DNA of 64,000 bases, taken from the sequence record MW272540.1, one strand, 5' to 3'. Positions within the stretch are counted from its first letter, which is position 1. Each line of letters starts with the position of its first letter. This document shows, piece by piece, positions 45,305-55,700 of the stretch. The position numbers and the translations under genes are program-made. Below the pieces are notes generated by a model. That model saw only the letters and a list, made by a program, of their open reading frames with translations. It was not told where the DNA came from and ran no database searches.

Positions 45305-47563
45305 TTAGATAGAGCAGCCAGCACAATCGGCTTCTTTGACAAATTCAACATCAGCATCTGATGCGTCGCGAGTGTTATGGTAATAGAATGACTTAATACC
45401 ATACTTCTGAGCAAATACTAGGTCCCCCAGCATTACACTCATTGGCAGTTTCCCATTAGGATATTCAGTTGGGCTATAGTTTGTATTTACGCTAATTCCT
45501 TGGTCGAAGAACTTTTGGAATACCGCACAAATACTCAAATAACCTTTATTCCCACCATTACGAACCATGTTCCACAATGTTTCATATTCATCAGCTAAAA
45601 TATCAGCCTCTGGAACCAACATATTGAAAGCACCATCTTTAGACGCTTTTACAGAAAGAATTCCACGAACTGGTTCAATACCGTTGGTCGCATTCAGTAG
45701 TTGCGAACTACTCTCTGCTGGCATTTGAGCAGACAAGGTATCATTACGCATTCCATAAATTCGGACTTGTTTACGCAACCATTCCCAATCTTGTTTAAGA
45801 TTGTTATCAACCAGTTCATCTACATTTCGATTATACCAATCAATAGGGAGCTGCCCACGAGACCATTTGGTCCGGTCATGCCAGTTGCTTGCCCCACGCT
45901 CTTTAGCCAGTTCCATACTTGCTTGGATCAGGGAGAATTGCATAGCTTCGATATGTTCGTGTACAAGTTCCAAAGCTTTCGGATCATTGTAAGTAAGGAA
46001 ATTTTTAGCCAAGAAATATGCTAAGTTAACAACACCGATACCCAAAGCCCGACGATTTTTAGCCTTCTCGGCAGCTGGTACTGGATAATCTTGATAATCC
46101 AAAAGGTTATCCAGAGCACGAACCATAATACGAGCTAAACGCAAATAATCTTTGATCGATTTGATTTTCCCAAGGTTAAACGCGGAAAGTGTACAAAGTG
46201 CGATTTCTTCTTGAATATCACCCATAGGATACGTTGGAAGATTAATCTCTTTACATAAATTGCTCATCTTGATTTTTTCAAGATATGGAGTGTATTTATT
46301 CACGTTATCAACGAACATAATATAAATACGACCGGTAGAACTACGCTCGGTCATCAAAGCAGAGAACAAATCAGCTGCTTTAACACGTTTCTTACGGATC
46401 ACATGGTTCAATTCCAGAGCTTCATATCTTTTCCGGAATTTTGTATCGTCTGAATCATAAAAATCATCGTACAAACGACCACCATCAACGTCAGGGCTGA
46501 ACAGGGTGATATATCCGTTGTTTTTCAAACGTTCAAAAAACAGTTTGTTTATATGAACAGAATAGTCAAGGTGACGGATCCGGGTTTCTTCGGTTCCCTT
46601 ATTGTTTTTCAAAACCAACAGCTTTTCAACTTCCAGATGCCACATAGGATAGTTCATGGTAGCACTACCACCACGCACACCACCCTGAGAACAGCTTTTA
46701 ACTGAGGTTTGAAAGTGTTTCCAGAAAGGGATTACGCCAGTATGAACAACTTCACCAGAGCGGATTTTAGAGCCTTCAGCGCGTATCCTACCACCATTAA
46801 TACCAATACCAGCACGTTGGGAAATATATTTCATGATAGCTGAACTCGTTTTAGAAATAGATTCTAGACTATCACCGGATTCAATTTTCACACAAGAACT
46901 AAATTGTCTAGTTGGTGTACGAACACCAGCAAGGATCGGTGTTGGTAAAGAAAATTCGAATTTTGATACTGCATCGTAAAAATCTTTCACATATTCCAAA
47001 CGCTTTTCTTTGTCTTTCTCATCCTGATGTAGACACATAGAAATAAGCATATACGCAAATTGTGGGGTTTCAAAAATTTGTTTTGTGGAACGATCTTTCA
47101 CAAGATACTTTTCTTTAAGTTGCATCGCACCCGCATATGTAAATTCATAATCTCGGGTATGATCAATAAATTTATCGATTTTATCGATCTCTTCCATAGA
47201 ATATTTTTTAATAATATCCGGATCATATACGCCAATTGCAACCAGATTTACCACATGCTCATGTAGAGACGGCGGATCAAATTGGTTATATACCTCTTTA
47301 CGAAGAGAATACATAGTAGAACGACCGGCAACATATTGATAATCTGGCTCATCTACAGAGATCATATTGACGGCTGCTTTAATTACTTGATTTTGAATTT
47401 CTTTGGTTGACATACCATCTGTAATGGATGGTAGAGCAGCATCTAGAATACTTCTCGGGGAAGCTTCTAGTCCATCACATGCAAATTGAAGAACCTTCAG
47501 GATCTTATCCTCTGAGAATTCTTCTGTGATACCGCTAGATTTAACTACTTTAGTAATGTGCAT
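45305..47563 (-). CDS. nrdA: aerobic ribonucleotide reductase alpha subunit
   Basis: ATP-cone start VVKSSG, PTPILAG, FSSC, NLCKE, MPAESSSQ, SFYY, CAGCSI. Confidence 0.97.
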   Translation of the reverse strand: MHITKVVKSSGITEEFSEDKILKVLQFACDGLEASPRSILDAALPSITDGMSTKEIQNQVIKAAVNMISVDEPDYQYVAGRSTMYSLRKEVYNQFDPPSLHEHVVNLVAIGVYDPDIIKKYSMEEIDKIDKFIDHTRDYEFTYAGAMQLKEKYLVKDRSTKQIFETPQFAYMLISMCLHQDEKDKEKRLEYVKDFYDAVSKFEFSLPTPILAGVRTPTRQFSSCVKIESGDSLESISKTSSAIMKYISQRAGIGINGGRIRAEGSKIRSGEVVHTGVIPFWKHFQTSVKSCSQGGVRGGSATMNYPMWHLEVEKLLVLKNNKGTEETRIRHLDYSVHINKLFFERLKNNGYITLFSPDVDGGRLYDDFYDSDDTKFRKRYEALELNHVIRKKRVKAADLFSALMTERSSTGRIYIMFVDNVNKYTPYLEKIKMSNLCKEINLPTYPMGDIQEEIALCTLSAFNLGKIKSIKDYLRLARIMVRALDNLLDYQDYPVPAAEKAKNRRALGIGVVNLAYFLAKNFLTYNDPKALELVHEHIEAMQFSLIQASMELAKERGASNWHDRTKWSRGQLPIDWYNRNVDELVDNNLKQDWEWLRKQVRIYGMRNDTLSAQMPAESSSQLLNATNGIEPVRGILSVKASKDGAFNMLVPEADILADEYETLWNMVRNGGNKGYLSICAVFQKFFDQGISVNTNYSPTEYPNGKLPMSVMLGDLVFAQKYGIKSFYYHNTRDASDADVEFVKEADCAGCSI

Positions 47564-47602
47564 TATTTTCTCTCTTGTTTTTATCCATTATACCACAATA
47601 CC

Positions 47603-47609
47603 CTAAATA
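47603..47609 (+). promoter_or_regulatory. late promoter
   Basis: CTAAATA about 30 nt upstream of the + strand endonuclease start. Confidence 0.65.
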
Positions 47610-47637
47610 AATGTATATTTAGAATATTGAGGAAATT

Positions 47638-48537
47638 TTGATGAACTATGGACATTGGACTACTGATGAAAAATTCGATCCAAGGGATATTCTTGGATTT
47701 GTTTATATGATATACTTCTCCAACGGGAAAAAGTATATTGGTGCTAAACGAGTATGGAAAAACCTTAAACGTCCACCTGCCACATACAAGAGGCAAGGTA
47801 AAACAGAATTTATAGAATCTGATTGGAGAAGTTACCGATCCAGTTCTAACGAAGTCGTTGAGCTGGAAGCAGCCGGTATCGAAATAACCGAAATGCGTAT
47901 CTTGGCAACGTATGATTCGTGGGGTAAGGTTCTTCTTTGTGAAGCAATGCTTCAATTCTCTTTGAATGCATTGTCCTCTGATACATACCTAAACAAACAG
48001 ATCGAAGGTTTGTTCACATCTGCATGTTTTGATAAAAAAGTATATAATGACGTTGCCCGATGCGTAGCAATCGAGCAATACGACCCGACCACACCACAAG
48101 TAATCGTTTATCGCGGTGGTGATCGAAGTATCATATGTGATAAACCAACCGCCAAAGAGTATATCAGATCAGGGTGGTCTGTTGCTTCACTTCCTTCAAC
48201 ATATCAACGTAAAAGCTATCCAATGATACCATACACAATCAAGTGTAAGGATACTGGGGAAGAGATTACAATATGTGATTTCAAAAAGCAATATGAAGTT
48301 GCAAAAAAACTTGAATGTCCTGCTGGGGACCTAAGTCGCCTTAGAGCTGGTGAAATCCTTAACATTGGGACTTTCACCATGAAAGATGTTAGGTCCCCCC
48401 AAATGTGGGAGAAGGACGGACAATTTTATTACAATGCTGCGGACCTTAAAAATGCTGGGGTAGATAAAAAAGATTGTATCCATCACCCGGCAGAAGACCG
48501 AGAAGCATATAGGATCAGGCTTGCATTAGCAGTATAG
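47638..48537 (+). CDS. GIY-YIG (Seg-like) homing endonuclease
   Basis: GFVYMI..KKYIG, DWRSYRSSS, EAMLQF, YLN. Confidence 0.85.
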   Translation: MMNYGHWTTDEKFDPRDILGFVYMIYFSNGKKYIGAKRVWKNLKRPPATYKRQGKTEFIESDWRSYRSSSNEVVELEAAGIEITEMRILATYDSWGKVLLCEAMLQFSLNALSSDTYLNKQIEGLFTSACFDKKVYNDVARCVAIEQYDPTTPQVIVYRGGDRSIICDKPTAKEYIRSGWSVASLPSTYQRKSYPMIPYTIKCKDTGEEITICDFKKQYEVAKKLECPAGDLSRLRAGEILNIGTFTMKDVRSPQMWEKDGQFYYNAADLKNAGVDKKDCIHHPAEDREAYRIRLALAV

Positions 48538-48648
48538 CCAAGCACCAACACAGAAGACCCACTCATACCATAAAGTAATGAGTTGTGGGTTAGTCCGATA
48601 ACATGCTGGAACAAGATTGATTCGGATAGTTTTTTGTTCGGTTTTCAT
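48526..48648 (-). CDS. small protein (40 aa) with a hydrophobic C-terminus
   Basis: MKTEQKTIRINLVPACYRTNPQLITLWYEWVFCVGAWLYC; AAGGA SD and its own promoter. Confidence 0.5.
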   Translation of the reverse strand: MKTEQKTIRINLVPACYRTNPQLITLWYEWVFCVGAWLYC

Positions 48649-48681
48649 TTTGTATTCCTTTTAATGGTAGTTTCTAAGAGA

Positions 48682-48710
48682 ATCCTAACATAAGATTTAG
48701 ATCAAGTAAA
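48682..48710 (-). promoter_or_regulatory. early promoter
   Basis: TTTACT-17-TAGGAT with TG extension. Confidence 0.6.
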
Positions 48711-48725
48711 GATTTTTTAGGAAAC

Positions 48726-48833
48726 ACGAACGAAGTGAGTCGCCGGAGGCGGTTCGCTACGCTCACAATTTTAGTTTCACTTGTAATCAAACTATAAAAT
48801 CTCTATAAGTAATTTAATAGAAGATCTATAATT
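48726..48833. repeat. dispersed non-coding element, copy 2 (GC module 48726-48765 plus AT core 48769-48833)
   Basis: Matches copy 1 at 5223-5338, with the GC module inverted and on the other side of the core. Confidence 0.9.
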
Positions 48834-48863
48834 TGATTTCATATGATACTATTATAAGGACAG

Positions 48864-48892
48864 AAAAGCCTACCCTTTTGGGTAGGCTTTTT
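48864..48892 (-). terminator. Rho-independent terminator after gene 35
   Basis: AAAAGCCTACCC-AAAA-GGGTAGGCTTTT on the minus strand. Confidence 0.85.
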
Positions 48893-48895
48893 CAT

Positions 48896-51800
48896 TTATA
48901 CTATCTTCCATAAGGTGTTTTGGAATTTCAAACCCACTTCACCGTTTGGTCTTATATCTATGACTTTATATTGACTTGATGGTTCAATCCATTTATCCAC
49001 ATCTGGGTCTTTAGCTATAACATAGTTACCAGATCCAATTGCAGCATATTTAGTTTGAACAATACCATCAATATTTAGTTGTATTTCCAATTCGGTGTAA
49101 GGAGTTATTTTCCCTTCAAATTCGATGATCATACTATAAGAAGAACCACCACTTACAATTTTGGAGATTTTATTATCGTAGATATAAACGTCATCTTTGA
49201 GTCTGCCGTTTCCAGCCACATCACCAATTGAAGAATCCCAACCAACTACGCCACCACCAGTTTTCAATAAAACGGATCGCAATTTCTTACGGAAAGTTAA
49301 GCTGTTCTGTATAATATTGTTGGATGGTATGACATAACCATTATCAGCTAGTTTATATACACGCGAACTTGAAACCATATTAGAACTTTCAATCATATCA
49401 ACTTGTCTAACAACAGATGCGTTATTTCTCAAACACATATTTGATGATATACCATCAACGTGATTATATGTAGAGTTATTAACAACACCATTTGTTTTAA
49501 TAGATAGGTTAGGAAAATTATATTGAATATCAACATCAAATTCTTTACCAGCAACAAAACCATGGTTTACAGTAATGTTACTAATTGTAGTTCCGCGATT
49601 TTTTACAACGAATTGTAATGTTGTTCCTAATAGGGTAACGAATATTCCATGGGTTTTATCTGTATTATCCAAATAATAACCAACAGTAAAGTTATCACCC
49701 AAAAATCTTAATCTCCACGATTCTTTTTGTGGCATCCATGCAGGTAAGATATTTAGATAGTTGTTATTCGCTAAATTTGGAACCCAAGAACTCATAGTAT
49801 TACCAATCATTTGAGGTTCTTCAAATTCTTGGAAGAAATAGTTAGATGTAGCAACGTCAGTCCCCATCGCATCGGTCTTTGTTGTATACACTACCAAACT
49901 ACGTATTGTTACGATATCACCGTTTCTGGCATTTGGCACACATACATACAGACCTGAATCATGAGTCGATTCTGTGTGGTTTTGATACAATACACCCTTA
50001 TATCTTCCAGTCGGAAGGGATTTCATAATACTACCAACACCAACGGTTGTACCATATACATCCTTTAAATATAGTGGTCGTGGACAATCTATATCATATT
50101 CTATACGGAATCTACCCCTTGGCGGTAAATTTAAATTGAATGTCATCCCACCTTCGGAAACGTCTTTGATAAATTTAAATCGGTTGTTACTTAAAACCTG
50201 AATAGGCTGGTTTAATTCATCTGACATTTTCCATTTTGATAGATCAACTGTATCATATACCAATACCTTAGAACCGTTTTGATCTTCTATCCCAGTTGAA
50301 TAGTAGTTCAATCTAGATTCTGGGTTGTTTATATATGTTCTAGCATCGTTATCACCAACCATGGTAATATCCCATATATTACCATTCCAACACTCGGTTT
50401 TATTATATCTTCCACCAATAGTTCTAATAACAGAACCAACTTTTAATTCCAAAACAAGACTGTGAGGAACATACGGAGCCAACACACCCCCAGTATACGG
50501 TTTTCCATCCAGCTGCACAATAGAAAAATATTGACCTGATATATTCAATGTTCTTGTTTTTGTGAGATATATCCAACCACCTTGCAACTCTTGGGTATTT
50601 GTACTTCTTCCGTCAAACAAATACATGTTGAAATCTGTTAAATTAAGAGTGAAGTTCAGAGTTATATATCCATTTTTGTTTAAGGAATATAGTGGGGGAA
50701 TTTCTAAACAAGTACCACCATTGAAATTATATGTATATTTTTTGTTCTTCACCCATTCAATAACTGGTTTTTCGCTATTTATATCTGGGTCCGTATAACA
50801 ATCAACGTCGAATTTGAGGTTTGTCATATTACCGGAGGTAATCCAGTTTTTACCATCTAGTCTAAAGAAGAAAAGGTGTCTCGGTTGTAGATTTACAGCA
50901 GATTGTCTCTCTGCTATTACTTCGTATCTTTTATTCAACTCGATACCAGTATTCAAGACTGCACCGTTGTTTTCTACTATTGTAACCCAAGCTTTAGATC
51001 CGGCTTTCATCCCAGCAGGTATTAGTTGACTTCCCACACCACAATATAACCAACCACCACCCGCATCAGGTACTATATCCGAACCAGAATAATAGATACC
51101 ACTAGATGGGCTAGATCCTTTGATGAAATTAAGTTTCTCTGATTGTGAATACTCATAATATCTAGAGTTATTAGGAATTAGATAATCTTCATATTCTGAT
51201 GTGATAATATAACCATTCATTTCAGAACCAACTCTAATTTCTTGGAAAGTTCTTTTATCTAGATCTTCAATTACTTCAGTACCTATAAGAACACCATTTA
51301 CATAGAATTTGATATTTGGGCTATCTACTTCCAATTTATACAGATATTCTTTGTTGCAAGAGACGATACCATTTGATCTAATTGTTTTTCCTGCATAAGT
51401 CACTGTATGCCCCATACCAAGAGGGTCTGATTGTGTTGTCATACCAATAAATATTGTGTCATCAGAGCCAGAACCAATCCTATTTGCTGATACGTTGGTG
51501 TCGGTATATACCATTGAAATGGAATATGCAAACTTTCTACCAACAACAAGAAATGGGTCTTTTATATATTTTCCGTCGTTATATAAAAATTGAGGAAAAC
51601 TAACAGGTTCCAAATTCCCATACTCAAAAGCGGTGACGTTCTTCTCTTTAATGCTACCTACTATATCACCACCAGTCTCTACAGCATCCTCTGTGATGAA
51701 ACCCCACTGACCTATTGTCGCTTTACCATCTTTTTGTACATTAGGTTTTTTTCTAAAAATAGAAACAGATCTAACCCCAGTAGTTCCCACGTATTGCGAT

Positions 51801-52675
51801 TTGATAGGCCACGATGTTGCATAGACCATGATACGATCTATTCCATTAGGGACAACAAAATCATTGTATACAGAATCCCATTGACCAGATGTATCTAAAG
51901 AGCTTACATATCCGGATGTAACGGATGTAGTCCCGTTATATCCAATGTAATAAAATCTAACAGATTCCCCTGCCGCAGCGGCAAGATCATCTCTATATGT
52001 ATCTAAACTGAATCTTAATGTCTCACCCTGATTAACTATCAGTTCGGAAAGCAAAACTTTATTCAGATACATGTTTATTTCTGGTGTTGTAGTTTTGGAA
52101 TTCATATATTCTTTTTGGTCAGATACAATAGAATTACCATATCCAACTACACCGATATCTGCAAATGTATCAAAAACGACTTCAAGAGATACTTTAATAG
52201 CAGAACTAACGCCATATTGTTCAACCATAATCTTTTTCAGACCACAGTCATATATAGCTGCATATCTGGTATTTTGTGTTCCGGTTGTTGGGTCCCAATG
52301 ATTATTCCACCCAATACTACCGATTTTCTTAAAGTAGTTGTTTATTGTGGTAGTTGTTGCATTTTCACCATGTGATATCATCAAAATAATTCCAGATGTA
52401 ACCGAAGACATCCAACCTTCGAATCTATTCACATCTGTACTGTTTTTAAAATTAAAAACGTCTCGCATACCAACGCTGAGATCGTTATTTATACTAACGC
52501 ATTCGAGGCCATCAACCTCAACAGGGTTAATAGAAAATCCGTTAATAGCTAATATCTTTTTTTCTGTATTCGTTTTTGGTGAAATTTTTATCTGATTAAG
52601 ACCAGAGAAATTTTCGGAAAGTTTATTAGACTTAATCCCACCATTCGAAATACTTGATATAACAAGTTCGGCCAT
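48896..52675 (-). CDS. 35: long tail fibre hinge/connector protein with large C-terminal extension
   Basis: Follows gene 34; RYAAIYD..LEVVFDTFADIGVVGY resembles T4 gp35 SYAAFY..LDVVFDSLEDVGATGF; 1259 aa. Confidence 0.75.
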   Translation of the reverse strand: MAELVISSISNGGIKSNKLSENFSGLNQIKISPKTNTEKKILAINGFSINPVEVDGLECVSINNDLSVGMRDVFNFKNSTDVNRFEGWMSSVTSGIILMISHGENATTTTINNYFKKIGSIGWNNHWDPTTGTQNTRYAAIYDCGLKKIMVEQYGVSSAIKVSLEVVFDTFADIGVVGYGNSIVSDQKEYMNSKTTTPEINMYLNKVLLSELIVNQGETLRFSLDTYRDDLAAAAGESVRFYYIGYNGTTSVTSGYVSSLDTSGQWDSVYNDFVVPNGIDRIMVYATSWPIKSQYVGTTGVRSVSIFRKKPNVQKDGKATIGQWGFITEDAVETGGDIVGSIKEKNVTAFEYGNLEPVSFPQFLYNDGKYIKDPFLVVGRKFAYSISMVYTDTNVSANRIGSGSDDTIFIGMTTQSDPLGMGHTVTYAGKTIRSNGIVSCNKEYLYKLEVDSPNIKFYVNGVLIGTEVIEDLDKRTFQEIRVGSEMNGYIITSEYEDYLIPNNSRYYEYSQSEKLNFIKGSSPSSGIYYSGSDIVPDAGGGWLYCGVGSQLIPAGMKAGSKAWVTIVENNGAVLNTGIELNKRYEVIAERQSAVNLQPRHLFFFRLDGKNWITSGNMTNLKFDVDCYTDPDINSEKPVIEWVKNKKYTYNFNGGTCLEIPPLYSLNKNGYITLNFTLNLTDFNMYLFDGRSTNTQELQGGWIYLTKTRTLNISGQYFSIVQLDGKPYTGGVLAPYVPHSLVLELKVGSVIRTIGGRYNKTECWNGNIWDITMVGDNDARTYINNPESRLNYYSTGIEDQNGSKVLVYDTVDLSKWKMSDELNQPIQVLSNNRFKFIKDVSEGGMTFNLNLPPRGRFRIEYDIDCPRPLYLKDVYGTTVGVGSIMKSLPTGRYKGVLYQNHTESTHDSGLYVCVPNARNGDIVTIRSLVVYTTKTDAMGTDVATSNYFFQEFEEPQMIGNTMSSWVPNLANNNYLNILPAWMPQKESWRLRFLGDNFTVGYYLDNTDKTHGIFVTLLGTTLQFVVKNRGTTISNITVNHGFVAGKEFDVDIQYNFPNLSIKTNGVVNNSTYNHVDGISSNMCLRNNASVVRQVDMIESSNMVSSSRVYKLADNGYVIPSNNIIQNSLTFRKKLRSVLLKTGGGVVGWDSSIGDVAGNGRLKDDVYIYDNKISKIVSGGSSYSMIIEFEGKITPYTELEIQLNIDGIVQTKYAAIGSGNYVIAKDPDVDKWIEPSSQYKVIDIRPNGEVGLKFQNTLWKIV

Positions 52676-52691
52676 TATGCCCCCAAATTAA

Positions 52692-52715
52692 AAAGCCACC
52701 CCGTAGGATGGCTTT
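52692..52715 (-). terminator. hairpin/terminator between 34 and 35
   Basis: AAAGCCATCC-TACG-GGGTGGCTTTTT on the minus strand. Confidence 0.6.
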
Positions 52716-52719
52716 GTTA

Positions 52720-55700
52720 TTAACTAATCCAAACAAAGTCAACAGACTTGGTTACTGGGTTCGCTCTTATTTCTAAGAATTCCCCGTTACCAACTGCTAT
52801 CCTAAGTTTATTTACGGTTGTTGTTCCGTTGAAGTTTGCATCACCGTTTGTGGTTATTGCCTTACCAGAGTTGATGATCAATTCGCCAGTCATGGTATCA
52901 CCGCCTTTGAATACGCGAGACCCAGAAGTTGTATTTACATCATCAATCACAGCATCCAAGTAATCTTTTCTGATAGCATCATCCGGATCCATAGGTAAAG
53001 AACTACCTATTTTAACTTGTCCGTATACTTTCAAATTACCATTCGATTCGAATGACGATGTGTTAGCGGGAGACGCTACCCCGTTCGGACGAATAGTCAA
53101 TCCACCAAGTGAACCAATAGTCAAACTTTCGTTTAGAGCAATTGTGATACCACTCTTCGATGTGTTACCCATCCAAAGGTTTTGAATACCATTTCGTTTA
53201 AAATAAGTATCGTGAATGAAGGTTTTATTACCAGAAATAGTTTCTGCAATACTTCCTTCGGACCTAACATATCTCAACTCGGAATAACCGAATCTAACCA
53301 GCTCGTTATTTCCTGACGGGTCCTGACCACCGTTAGAAACTCTACCAGAAAATGATGTTGCAGTATCGTAGAACTGAGCAGCAATAACGCTAGAACCTAT
53401 TCTCTTCAAGGTAAATGGACTATTCAGACCACCACCAACCCCAGCATCCCAACCAGAACTATCAGTTGAGTTTGTGAAAGATATAATGGTGTTATGTGTA
53501 GAACTACCAGAATCATTAAGAATCAGTTTACATGTCCCTTTTGAAATAGTAACATCTTGCGAGAAGGTCATCGCACCTGTGATTGTTTGTGCTACGGTAC
53601 GACGAACCCAATCAGTAGATGGTATTCTATTTCCAGCGACTTCCATTGCGCTTGCGCTAACAGCAACGGCTTTCAGTGGCAGATAGTTAGCCAATGCAGT
53701 GTTAAGACCACGAGGTGAAACTAGAACATCTCCATGAGCATAACTAGATAAGGTTCTGGTGGAACCTAAAATATCGTTACCTTCAAACACAGAGTTAGCA
53801 GCACTACTATTTGTTAGAATAGCTGTGATACCTACACCATAACGGGTATCGGTCATTCTGTAACCAGTACCAGACCGGATCCCGGTGGTCATGGTAAGAG
53901 GTGTAACCGCCTTGGTGTTATTTGTACCTGTATCGACATCAGATTGAGTCGCAATATACAGAATACCAGTCTGTGTGGTTGAAGCTTGTCTCGCACTTAA
54001 TTTCTTAGGTGTGATTGCAACGTTATCAAGGGATGCCCCCGACATATCATTAGCTTCGATCTGGGTAGCCACTCGCAGGGAACCGCGCTGTATTTCCGTT
54101 GGAACCTGTATGTTGATAAGTTGACCATCCCAAATGTTTCCTTGAGAAGTCAAACCAGAATCGCTTGATACGGTGATACGGTCACGCGACAACCAGTTTC
54201 CGAATGTTTTAGGAGTAACAAACCATTTGTCATGAAGAATACCCGCATCAACTTCAAGTTGAGTAGCCGTTTCGGCTAGACCCCATCTGGTTTCAGTCGC
54301 CTGTCTATTCACCAGTCCTTTGATACTTACATGTACGTTATCTTCAGTTGGTGGTGTGTTGCTCAATACTTCAGTTGAGTTTGCAGCTCTTGACAACCCG
54401 GTAAGAGTTGCTGTAGCCTGTCTTCCTTCAAGTGTTGAAGCAGTCACAACCAATGCACCATTTGTGGTGTTGGCAGCCCCGGTATTTGCTTCCCCTTGTG
54501 TAGCCAAGAAAACCATCCCTTGGGAGTTTTCTGTTGCTACTTTTTCAAACAAGGTTTTCGGGGTGATAACCTTAATATGATCGTTAAAATCGTGAACCCC
54601 AGTACCAGCGGTTGTTCTGGTAGTCTGTTTGGTTCCACCAAAAGCAACGAGAGCAGACAAGCCGGTCATAGTTTCAGTTGCTACCCTACCATTTAATGTT
54701 TGTGGTGTGATAGCAATCTGAGCCCAGTTTTCACCAGTACCGGATTGTGCATTTGCTTGTGCTTGAGTCGCGACTTTAAGCAGACCTCTCATTGAAGTGG
54801 TCGCCAGACGGTCATTTAGTAAAAACGGGGTGATTATCACACCGGACCAAGCTTCGTCATTGAGGTTTCCGGTAGTTGCTTTTGATTCTGAGTTAGTGGA
54901 TAATCTCGCAATCCCACGACGAGTACCAGTAGCGGTTTTGTTTGCAAGTGTTTCTGATGTAACAAAATCCTCACAATCTGGATTCTGACCGGTTACAATG
55001 TCTTCTTTGTTCTTGTTTACGCTATCCTGTGACGCGATTGCAGCCATACCGTAAAAATCTCGGACGTTACGGTCCACCCGGTAAGGGATCTCGCTCATTG
55101 TGACAACTGCCCAAACATCCTTACCAGAACCTAGGGCATTTTTGAAGAATACGAATTCCCATTGCTCGCCACGGTTTTGAATATTAAATGATTGCGTTTT
55201 TGTCAGATGTGTATTAAGATCGGATAAAAGAGCACGATACGCACTAATTCTAGGATTGGTTAACGTATCTCCATCTGGCATGAAATAATCATTCGTGCTA
55301 GTTCCATCTACGTTCAATACTAAGGTGGATCCTTGTACCATATAACGTGTATCTACAAAGAAACTATCACCTTGTGCTGCATCCCTTGGGAATGTAACTG
55401 TAACGGTTGACGGGGTTTCTGTGTAGATCACAAGTTGGTCATTAGGTTCACCCTTGTATGTTGCAGTTTTTACGCTTTTCCATCTCGATTTACTGTCAGA
55501 GTCGAAAACTCTCCAAGCGTTTTGGTTTGCGTCAAATACAAACATACCCCAATCAGTAGAATCAAACATTGCGGTTTTAACTGGTGTACTTCCTACTGAT
55601 ACTATGATATTATGGGTACTATTGGAATGAACAGACACATACGTTTTTGTGACCGGGTTATTACCATCAAGGTCATATGTGCTAATTGTATCCCCATGTT

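Noticed and set aside
42239-47563. Group I introns or inteins in nrdA, nrdB or nrdD
   Set aside because: The proteins are colinear with intronless homologs; the only break is the single-base frameshift in nrdD.
53600-54950. Periodic repeats in gene 34 considered as a CRISPR or tandem DNA repeat
   Set aside because: Protein-level tail-fibre repeats (G..AT..E..G..VTP) with no identical DNA repeats or spacers.
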